From a virus (taxonomy: Duplodnaviria; Heunggongvirae; Uroviricota; Caudoviricetes): a DNA stretch of 6,622 nucleotides. Below are positions 1 through 6,532 of this stretch, piece by piece. The notes under the pieces were generated by a model that was not told the origin of the DNA, did no database searches, and saw nothing but the letters and a program-made list of their open reading frames with translations. Within the stretch, counting starts at the first letter, position 1. Each line of letters starts with the position of its first letter. The position numbers and the translations under genes were made by a program. The stretch spans positions 1-6,622 of the IMG/VR virus record IMGVR_UViG_2648501392_000016, one strand, 5' to 3'.

Positions 1-24
1 GATTCGGTATCAGAAGAGGTGAGT

Positions 25-1095
25 ATGGCTAACGCCTGGCTCAGATTATGGCATGACATGCCAAATGACCCTAAGTGGCGAACAATTGCCAGGGTGTCAG
101 GGCAGCCAATTGCAACAGTGATGGCAGTGTATATCCACCTCCTGGTGAGCGCGTCACGAAATGTCACGCGAGGTCACATTGATGTCACGACAGAAGATTT
201 GGCAAGTGCGCTCGACGTGACAGAAGAGGTAATTGATTCAATTTTGCAGACGATGCAGGGGCGGGTACTTGATGGTGATTTAATCACTGGATGGGAAAAA
301 CGCCAGGTGCTGAAAGAGGACAACGGCAATATTTCGCAAACCGCAAAATCTCCTGCAGAGCGCAAGAGGGCGCAGCGAGAGAGGGAAAGAAAGCGGGAAC
401 AAAATGGCGATTGTCACGGCGCGTCACGAAATGTCACGCACATGTCACGACGAGTCACGACAGATAAAGATACAGATAAAGATACAGATAAAGATACAGA
501 TAAAGATACAGATCAAGAAGATCAAAACACTATGGTCCATGGCGTAAAAAACGCCACGAACCAGGCAGGGGATGTTCAGACCGTCAATCCTGGTCAGCCA
601 GCAGGCACGACACCGGAAGCCGATTCGGGCGCTGTGCAGCAGGTGATGACCGCAAGGCCGGAGCAATCACACCAACTGCAGCAGCCCGAAGCCGATTCCG
701 CCATTCAGCGGGAAGCCGATCGGGTAGTCCCGGAAAACACCGGGCAGTCTGTGGGACGAGTGGATTATCCGGATGTGTTCGAACAGGTCTGGCGGGAGTA
801 CCCGTTGCGTGCCGGAGCAAACCCGAAGAAATCCGCATTCAGTGCCTGGAAGGCCAGATTGCGCGAGGGGGTGCCACCAGAGACCATGCTGGATGGTGTG
901 AGGCGTTACGCGAGATACCTGGCGGCGACCGGGAAAGCGGGAACGGAATTTGTTCAGCGAGCGACGACGTTTTTTGGGCCGGACCGGAATTTTGAAAACC
1001 CCTGGTTGCTCCCGGTAAGCGGCACGAACAACCAGCGTTGCGTGAATCACATTTCTGAACCGGACACTGAAATACCGCCGGGATTCAGGGGGTGA
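25..1095 (+). CDS. Phage replication initiation protein, YdaU/DUF1376-like (O-like initiator); in-frame alternative GTG start at 19
   Basis: Long ORF; AGAGG(14-18)/GAGGT(16-20) RBS ahead of ATG 25. N-terminus (MANAWLRLWHDMPNDPKWR...) recalled as resembling Rac prophage YdaU-type proteins. Sits directly upstream of a DnaC-like loader gene, the usual O-P arrangement. Contains internal iterons and a low-complexity TDKD linker. Confidence 0.7.
   Translation: MANAWLRLWHDMPNDPKWRTIARVSGQPIATVMAVYIHLLVSASRNVTRGHIDVTTEDLASALDVTEEVIDSILQTMQGRVLDGDLITGWEKRQVLKEDNGNISQTAKSPAERKRAQRERERKREQNGDCHGASRNVTHMSRRVTTDKDTDKDTDKDTDKDTDQEDQNTMVHGVKNATNQAGDVQTVNPGQPAGTTPEADSGAVQQVMTARPEQSHQLQQPEADSAIQREADRVVPENTGQSVGRVDYPDVFEQVWREYPLRAGANPKKSAFSAWKARLREGVPPETMLDGVRRYARYLAATGKAGTEFVQRATTFFGPDRNFENPWLLPVSGTNNQRCVNHISEPDTEIPPGFRG
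153..189. repeat. Iteron-like direct repeat array A: GTCACG/GTCACA at 153, 163, 173, 184, with an inverted copy CGTGAC at 215-220
   Basis: Read directly from sequence: four hexamer copies spaced 10, 10 and 11 bp apart (one helical turn). The 19-mer gcgtcacgaaatgtcacgc at 151-169 recurs at 421-439. Confidence 0.5.
413..459. repeat. Iteron-like direct repeat array B: five GTCACG copies at 413, 423, 433, 444, 454; candidate replication-origin iterons
   Basis: Read directly from sequence: five perfect GTCACG hexamers at 10-11 bp spacing inside the initiator gene, immediately upstream of the tandem repeat. Analogous to lambda ori iterons lying within the O gene. Confidence 0.5.
460..519. repeat. 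12-bp tandem repeat (acagataaagat), four perfect copies plus one degenerate copy; encodes (TDKD)n in the initiator protein
   Basis: Read directly from sequence: perfect copies at 460-471, 472-483, 484-495, 496-507, degenerate copy 508-519. In frame with the CDS and translated as TDKDTDKDTDKDTDKDTDQED. Confidence 0.85.
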
Positions 1096-1101
1096 CGTGT
1101 C

Positions 1102-1848
1102 ATGAAAAACATTGCGGCAGTTGGGGTTCTTGAACGTATTCGCAGACTTGCACCACAGGGGGCGGTTCCACCGTACCGGACGGTGGAGGAGTGGCGGGAA
1201 TGGCAACTTGCTGAAGGACGAAAACGCAGCGAGGAGATTAACCGCCAGAATCGCCAGTTGCGGGTGGAAAAAATCCTGAATCGTTCGGGCATCCAGCCTC
1301 TGCACAGCAAATGCTCGTTTGCGAATTATCAGGTGCAGAATGACGGGCAAAAATACGCGCTGAGCCAGGCCAAATCCATAGCTGACGAACTGATGACCGG
1401 GTGCACGAATTTTGTGTTCAGCGGTAAAACCGGCACCGGGAAAAATCACCTTGCAGCGGCGATGGGTAACCGGCTGATGGCGAAGGGGCGCAGCGTGATT
1501 ATCGTCACCGTGTCTGATGTCATGAGCGTGTTGCATGACAGCTACGACAACGGCAAATCCGGGGAAAAATTTTTACAGGAGCTTTGCGGGGTTGATTTGC
1601 TGGTCCTGGATGAAATAGGCGTTCAGCGGGAGACGAAAAACGAGCAGGTGGTATTACACCAGATAATTGATCGCCGGACAGCATCACTGTGCAGTGTCGG
1701 GATGTTAACAAACCTGAATCATGCCGCAATGAGCACGCTTCTTGGTGAGAGGATTATGGACCGGATGACCATGAGCGGTGGTCGATGGGTGACGTTTAAC
1801 TGGGATAGCTGGCGTCCAAATGTCAGCAATATGAGGGTTGTGAAGTAA
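1102..1848 (+). CDS. DnaC/IstB-like AAA+ ATPase, phage replicative helicase loader (Rac YdaV-like)
   Basis: 248-aa ORF starting 7 nt after the upstream stop. Walker A-like FSGKTGTGKNHLAAA and Walker B LLVLDEIG are visible in the translation; size and position match DnaC-like phage replication proteins. Confidence 0.85.
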   Translation: MKNIAAVGVLERIRRLAPQGAVPPYRTVEEWREWQLAEGRKRSEEINRQNRQLRVEKILNRSGIQPLHSKCSFANYQVQNDGQKYALSQAKSIADELMTGCTNFVFSGKTGTGKNHLAAAMGNRLMAKGRSVIIVTVSDVMSVLHDSYDNGKSGEKFLQELCGVDLLVLDEIGVQRETKNEQVVLHQIIDRRTASLCSVGMLTNLNHAAMSTLLGERIMDRMTMSGGRWVTFNWDSWRPNVSNMRVVK

Positions 1849-1869
1849 TTTTGTCCGGAGGAAATTTTA

Positions 1870-2640
1870 ATGGAAACCGTATCTGACGCACTGAAAGCAC
1901 TGAAAAAAGCCTCTTCACATGTGGTGGCAGCTCGCCTTGGAATCAGTCGTGAAGAGGCTGTCAACGAGCTGTGGGAACTCAAAAGAAATGGCGTCGTTGA
2001 TAAAACTGGTCACACCTGGTTTCTGGCTGGCGAAGGTGAATCCCTGGTAACCGAAGAGCTGCCAGTAAAATCTGAAGCACAGGATATGCTGACCGGGGAG
2101 GTCGAACAAAAAGTTACCGCAGACATGATGATTGAGTTTATCGGTCAGGATGGGGCTAAAACGTGTGAGGAACTGGCGGGTAAGTTCGGCGTCAGTACTC
2201 GCAAGGTTGCTTCCACGCTGGCGGTGGTAACCGCAACGGGGCGGCTGGCACGCGTTAATCAGAGCGGTAAATTTTGTTACTGCATGCCGGGCGATAATTT
2301 ACCAGCAGAGTCGAAAGCCGCGCTGGTAACGGAAAATGATGGTAAGGCCTTTCCTCAGCCAGCAGGTGCTGCGTTACCAGTCCGGGAAGCCGCAACACAG
2401 GAAGAAATTAAAACAGAAACTGTGGCGGACATTGTGCAGCCGTTGCTATCGTTTACCGAAACGCAAGCAGATGAGCTGATTTTTCCGTCCCTGCGCAGGG
2501 CAAACCTGGCGCTGCGCAGGGCGAAAAGTGATGTTCAGAAGTGGGAGCGAATCTGCGCCGCGCTGCGGGAGCTGAACAAGCACCGGGATATTGTTCGACA
2601 GATTACTGATTCTTCCCGCCGTGTTGTATCGGAAAAGTGA
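1870..2640 (+). CDS. Phage hypothetical protein (256 aa); N-terminal region may be winged-helix-like
   Basis: GGAGG RBS at 1857-1861, 8 nt before ATG 1870. Uninterrupted ORF in the same orientation as the replication genes. No recognisable catalytic motif. Confidence 0.65.
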   Translation: METVSDALKALKKASSHVVAARLGISREEAVNELWELKRNGVVDKTGHTWFLAGEGESLVTEELPVKSEAQDMLTGEVEQKVTADMMIEFIGQDGAKTCEELAGKFGVSTRKVASTLAVVTATGRLARVNQSGKFCYCMPGDNLPAESKAALVTENDGKAFPQPAGAALPVREAATQEEIKTETVADIVQPLLSFTETQADELIFPSLRRANLALRRAKSDVQKWERICAALRELNKHRDIVRQITDSSRRVVSEK

Positions 2641-2655
2641 TTGCCGAAGGCGCTT

Positions 2656-3081
2656 ATGGCAAAAGTATTTACACAAGAAGAGCGAGAAAAAATTAAAGGG
2701 CAGGTTGTTGAGCTAGTACGCCGGAGTGGGCGCGAGACGTTACGGCAACTGGAAGCCAAGACAGGTGCGACAAGATATCTGATGAGCGTTCTTGCCAGAG
2801 AGCTGGTTGCCAGTGGTGATGTATATCACTCTGGCTATGGGTTGTTCCCGTCAGAACAGGCGCGTAAGGACTGGCAAAACGCCCGCAAAAAACTCTCGAG
2901 GGCAAAGGTGAAGAAACCTGTTGTGGTTGATCCGGGCCTTATCTGGACATTACCCGACGGAGAAATACACCGCTACGACAGGCGTATGAACATAATCTGT
3001 CGCGAGTGCCGGAAGAGCGAAGCTATGCAGCGTGTACTGGCATTTTATCAAGGAAATGTTAGATATTTTAGACGTTACTAG
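2656..3081 (+). CDS. Phage hypothetical protein (about 141 aa); track ORF begins at TTG 2641 but ATG 2656 with a GAAGG RBS is preferred
   Basis: ORF directly follows the upstream stop at 2640; GAAGG at 2645-2649 precedes ATG 2656. Basic C-terminus containing a CxxC pair (CRECRK). Does not match lambda NinB as I recall it. Confidence 0.6.
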   Translation: MAKVFTQEEREKIKGQVVELVRRSGRETLRQLEAKTGATRYLMSVLARELVASGDVYHSGYGLFPSEQARKDWQNARKKLSRAKVKKPVVVDPGLIWTLPDGEIHRYDRRMNIICRECRKSEAMQRVLAFYQGNVRYFRRY

Positions 3082-3108
3082 ATTAAAGAGCATTAGTTCA
3101 GATGTGAA

Positions 3109-3137
3109 TTGACATTTTCATGGCGCAGGGTAGAGCC
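3109..3137 (+). promoter_or_regulatory. Candidate sigma70 promoter for the cargo island (perfect -35 TTGACA, weak -10); alternative extended -10 TGcTACACT at 3213-3221
   Basis: TTGACA at 3109-3114 with TAGAGC 16 bp downstream (3 of 6 matches to TATAAT). Lies in the 153-bp gap between the phage genes and the QueH-like gene. Sequence-only guess. Confidence 0.2.
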
Positions 3138-3234
3138 AGCGTGGTTGTCCGCTTTGCGTCAAAACCAGAGATTACCAGATTTAGACATATATTCCCGATA
3201 GCCCTGCTCTGATGCTACACTCTGTGCTATTTTC

Positions 3235-3921
3235 ATGACCCCAATAAAAATATTTATGACTATTGCTGATTTCAAACGGCCTAAATTGGAGCTTCCAAAC
3301 GGGGCAAACAAACTACTACTGCACTCTTGCTGTGCTCCATGTTCCGGTGAAGTGATGGAGGCGCTTCAGGCCTCGGGAATCGACTACACCATCTTTTTCT
3401 ACAACCCGAACATTCATCCTCAGAAAGAGTATTTAATTCGTAAGGATGAAAATATTCGCTTTGCTGAACAACACGGCGTGCCGTTTATCGATGCTGATTA
3501 CGACACCGACAACTGGTTTGAACGTGCCAAAGGAATGGAATGGGAGCCTGAGAGGGGGATCCGTTGTACCATGTGTTTTGACATGCGTTTTGAGCGGACA
3601 GCGTTGTACGCTGCTGAAAATGGTTTCAGTGTGATCAGTAGTTCACTGGGCATTTCACGCTGGAAAAATATGCAGCAGGTTAACGAGTGTGGGCGGCGAG
3701 CTGTTGCGCATTATCCGGGTATGGTGTACTGGGATTATAACTGGCGCAAGCAGGGCGGCTCGTCCCGTATGATTGAAATCAGCAAGCGCGAAAAATTCTA
3801 TCAGCAGGAATATTGTGGCTGTGTGTATTCTCTGCGCGATACCAATCTACACCGCAAATCTCAGGGACGCCCTCTTATCAAAATTGGCCAACTCCACTAC
3901 GGAAAAGAAGAGAAGGAGTGA
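3235..3921 (+). CDS. QueH-family (DUF208) epoxyqueuosine-reductase-like Fe-S protein; alternative start ATG 3256
   Basis: The translation carries the [11 protein letters not shown] and FYNPNIHP motifs that I recall as hallmarks of DUF208/QueH, plus further Cys pairs (CTMC, CGC) consistent with metal-cluster ligation. No strong SD before either candidate ATG. Confidence 0.65.
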   Translation: MTPIKIFMTIADFKRPKLELPNGANKLLLHSCCAPCSGEVMEALQASGIDYTIFFYNPNIHPQKEYLIRKDENIRFAEQHGVPFIDADYDTDNWFERAKGMEWEPERGIRCTMCFDMRFERTALYAAENGFSVISSSLGISRWKNMQQVNECGRRAVAHYPGMVYWDYNWRKQGGSSRMIEISKREKFYQQEYCGCVYSLRDTNLHRKSQGRPLIKIGQLHYGKEEKE

Positions 3922-3991
3922 TTTTATGGATCACCTTTCTGATTGATTTCATATTGGCGAGGTGACGTGAGTTAAGTAGAATTGCTGCGGG

Positions 3992-4016
3992 TGCCTGAGG
4001 CTGTCTGCCTCAGGCA
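3992..4016. other. Perfect 9-bp inverted repeat (TGCCTGAGG, 7-nt loop, CCTCAGGCA) between the QueH-like and methyltransferase genes
   Basis: Read directly from sequence. No T-tract follows (downstream is gaacaccaaaagg), so it is not a canonical intrinsic terminator; it could be a protein-binding site or an RNA stem-loop. Confidence 0.4.
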
Positions 4017-4099
4017 TGAACACCAAAAGGCAGATAGAGAAAGCCCCAGTTAACATTACGCGTCCTGTAAGACGCTCAACATTAATCTGAGGCATATGG

Positions 4100-5224
4100 A
4101 TGCGGATGAAAGAATTAAATAAATTCAGAGTGATAGACCTCTTTTGTGGGGCAGGTGGATTATCTTATGGTTTTCTTCATGGAGAGATGTCTGACTACTT
4201 TGAAAGTATCCTTGCTATTGATAATAATGCTGCAGCTATAAATACCTACAATGCCAATTTTGGTTTGCATGGAGTTCAGGCAAATATTGAGGAGTGGGCA
4301 TCCAGCAATACTGTTCCTGAGGCTGATGTGGTCATAGGTGGCCCCCCGTGTCAGGGATTCAGTTTATTGAATAAGAATCGTTATGGTGATCACCGAAGAG
4401 CATTGTGGGAGCCTTATATGGATGTCATTGAGCGTTCAAGGGCTTGTATGTTCGTCATGGAAAATGTCCCCGGATTGCTGATAAGCGATGAGTTTGCGGA
4501 CATTACGTTTAGAGCGAAATCCATGGGCTTTATTCTGCTTAATCCAATGGTGTTGAATACTGCTGACTATGGAGTACCTCAGACAAGAAAACGAACGATA
4601 GCAATCGGTATCAAACGAGAACTCTTCGATGTGCATAGTATTCCGGCGTTCCCGCCAGCACCAACGCATCGTTCCCCTGATAAGGATGTCGCTTTGCCTG
4701 AATGGGTCTGTACGCGTGATGCAATTGGTGACTTACCTGCTCCTGTTGGAACTGATATTCGTAATGAACTTCCTCCGCTGAACTTACATTTTGGGCGTAA
4801 TCCCACACCTGTTTCTCTGGAGCGATATAAAGCGGTTCCACCAGGAGGTAACCGTTTCGATTTACAGAAAAAAAGACCTGATATAACCCCGGCGTGCTGG
4901 CTAAAAAAGAAATCTGGAGGGACCGATTTGTTTGGACGTCTGTGGTGGGACAAACCTTCAGTAACGATTCGTACTGAGTTTTTCAAACCGGAGAAAGGGC
5001 GATATTTACATCCGGAAGAGGATCGGCCAATAACTCATCGTGAGGCAGCGAGATTAATGTCTTTTCCTGATAATTTCATTTTTACCGGTTCAAAAACTGA
5101 GATTGCAAAGCAGATCGGGAATGCTGTTCCACCGCTATTTGCGGCAAAAATCGCACAATATGTGTATGGAGTTTTGCAGGGACGGTATAAGAATAACATC
5201 AGTAAGAATAGTCAAGCAGCCTGA
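4100..5224 (+). CDS. DNA (cytosine-5)-methyltransferase, type II R-M modification subunit
   Basis: Canonical m5C-MTase motifs in the translation: motif I DLFCGAGGLSYGF, motif IV GGPPCQGFS, motif VI ENVPGL, motif VIII QTRKR, motif X GNAVPP. GAGG RBS at 4088-4091. Confidence 0.9.
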   Translation: MRMKELNKFRVIDLFCGAGGLSYGFLHGEMSDYFESILAIDNNAAAINTYNANFGLHGVQANIEEWASSNTVPEADVVIGGPPCQGFSLLNKNRYGDHRRALWEPYMDVIERSRACMFVMENVPGLLISDEFADITFRAKSMGFILLNPMVLNTADYGVPQTRKRTIAIGIKRELFDVHSIPAFPPAPTHRSPDKDVALPEWVCTRDAIGDLPAPVGTDIRNELPPLNLHFGRNPTPVSLERYKAVPPGGNRFDLQKKRPDITPACWLKKKSGGTDLFGRLWWDKPSVTIRTEFFKPEKGRYLHPEEDRPITHREAARLMSFPDNFIFTGSKTEIAKQIGNAVPPLFAAKIAQYVYGVLQGRYKNNISKNSQAA

Positions 5225-5237
5225 AGGAAATCCAGAA

Positions 5238-6116
5238 ATGAATGGAGATTTGGTTGACAGCATAGTTGGTTTTGCTGAAGCCAGAAAGGAGTTTCATGCC
5301 CAATTGTTACTGAATACGCTCACAATTAATACTGCCGGAGTTGTTAGTAACGCAGATAGCAGTAACAAAAACAGTAAAGCTATAGCAAGAGAAATTGCTC
5401 GCTTCTTGCAGGCTGAAACGATTGGTGAACGTGTTGCAGGGCAAACATCTGGTAATCAGTTTGAGAGTATCTGCGCAGAGTTTATAGAAAAAACCTTTTT
5501 TAAACTCAGCCACTTACGCCCTGGAAAATGGAATGTACATCAGGTTTCTGGTAGAAACAGATTAGAGATAGCTAAATATGAACAATATGCCCATCTTATA
5601 GCATTGGATAGTGCTGCAAAAAGTAATCCTCAGCTAGCTGCTGCACTGGGGAGTGATTATACGATTTCACCAGATATTATTGTTGAAAGAGAACCTGAAT
5701 GTGATCAAGTTATCAACAGTCCTGAATTACTGGTGGATGATTCTGTTACCCGCATGTCAGCTCTCAGGAGTTCGAATGGTGGGAAACCAATATTACACGC
5801 AAGTATTTCCTGCAAATGGACAATAAGAAGCGACCGGGCCCAGAATGCTCGTTCTGAGGCATTAAATCTTATTCGCAACCGTAAGGGAAATCTCCCTCAT
5901 GTAATGGTTGTTACTGCTGAGCCTACTCCAAGTCGTCTGGCGTCTATTGCTCTTGGTACTGGTGATATAGATTGCGTGTATCATTTTGCGCTTTATGAAC
6001 TTATATCAGCAGTTGAAATACTGGGGCTCAGCGATGCAGCTGACATGCTTTCCGTGATGGTTAATGGTAAAAGATTAAAGGATATTTCTGATCTTCCCTT
6101 GGATCTTGCAGTCTGA
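5238..6116 (+). CDS. Type II restriction endonuclease, NgoMIV/Cfr10I/Bse634I family (predicted CCGG-core site, possibly GCCGGC); start ATG 5238 preferred over track start 5103
   Basis: AGGA RBS at 5225-5228, 9 nt before ATG 5238, which lies 13 nt after the MTase stop. The translation has PD at 145-146, SCK at 191-193 and RSDR at 197-200. Numbered from ATG 5238, E76, D146, K193, R197, D199, R200, E207 and R233 all sit at a constant +6 offset from the NgoMIV residues E70, D140, K187, R191, D193, R194, E201 and R227 as I recall them from the literature. Confidence 0.75.
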   Translation: MNGDLVDSIVGFAEARKEFHAQLLLNTLTINTAGVVSNADSSNKNSKAIAREIARFLQAETIGERVAGQTSGNQFESICAEFIEKTFFKLSHLRPGKWNVHQVSGRNRLEIAKYEQYAHLIALDSAAKSNPQLAAALGSDYTISPDIIVEREPECDQVINSPELLVDDSVTRMSALRSSNGGKPILHASISCKWTIRSDRAQNARSEALNLIRNRKGNLPHVMVVTAEPTPSRLASIALGTGDIDCVYHFALYELISAVEILGLSDAADMLSVMVNGKRLKDISDLPLDLAV

Positions 6117-6188
6117 CATCTCTACGTAAATAGAGTCTGTCATATTTTAACTGTGATGGCACGTCATTGACTTCAGTACATTTTTACT

Positions 6189-6214
6189 AACCCGCTTCGC
6201 GGGTTTTGTTTTTT
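6189..6214 (+). terminator. Rho-independent terminator closing the R-M operon
   Basis: 7-bp GC-rich stem AACCCGC/GCGGGTT with a 3-nt loop, followed by the T-tract TTTTGTTTTTT; 73 bp downstream of the endonuclease stop. Confidence 0.7.
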
Positions 6215-6286
6215 CCTGGCATTCTGGTTTACAATCCACACGCCAGCCTGAACAACTGGCACCTGCTGCGCCAGCAGAGACAACCG

Positions 6287-6532
6287 ATGGCGCACAATAC
6301 CAAACACCACAATTCTGATGCCGACCCTGCCAGCAGACACGGACGGCGCTCTCACGCATTCAAATATGACTGGTACCAGCATGACCAATGCACTGAAGAA
6401 CAGGCCGAGTGGCTGATTCAGAATTACCGCAGACGTGGATACCAGTTTCAGAAAGGCCTCAGTCCTGACTTCCGACGCTGGATAATTTCCGTCAGGCTCC
6501 CTTATTCCGAACGCCCGCCGCGTCCGTCCTGA
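6287..6532 (+). pseudogene. Hypothetical ORF apparently truncated by the IS insertion (its stop codon is supplied by the IS terminus TGA)
   Basis: The open frame (from 6206; first ATG with a weak RBS at 6287) runs without a stop until the TGA at 6530-6532, which is the first three bases of the IS inverted repeat. The product is not recognised and coding status is uncertain. Confidence 0.3.

Noticed and set aside
445-666. Minus-strand ORF translating the tandem repeat as ICIFICIF...
   Set aside because: This is an artefact of the 12-bp tandem repeat read antisense.
667-1536. 289-aa ORF on the minus strand
   Set aside because: It is entirely antisense to the initiator and DnaC-like genes, has no recognisable motifs, and is the kind of long antisense frame expected opposite GC-rich coding sequence. 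The DnaC-like Walker motifs on the + strand settle which strand codes.
2656-3081. Identification of the 146-aa protein as lambda NinB (same length)
   Set aside because: The length coincides but the sequence does not resemble NinB as I recall it; left as hypothetical.
3446-3634. 62-aa + strand ORF nested in the QueH-like gene
   Set aside because: It lies in a different frame inside a longer ORF with conserved motifs and has a low-complexity translation; likely spurious.
3992-4016. Calling the 9-bp hairpin an intrinsic terminator
   Set aside because: There is no downstream U-tract; the flanking sequence is gaacaccaaaagg.
3922-4099. Small controller (C-protein) gene upstream of the R-M operon
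   Set aside because: No ORF of plausible size with an HTH is present in the gap; the only ATG-initiated frame (3927) is six codons long.
4436-4986. Several minus-strand ORFs (77, 135, 76 aa) inside the methyltransferase gene
   Set aside because: They are antisense to a gene with unambiguous m5C-MTase motifs and have no start signals or recognisable domains.
6143-6160. CRP-like site TGTGAtggcacgTCAtt downstream of the endonuclease gene
   Set aside because: Only the left half-site matches TGTGA; the right half does not match TCACA.
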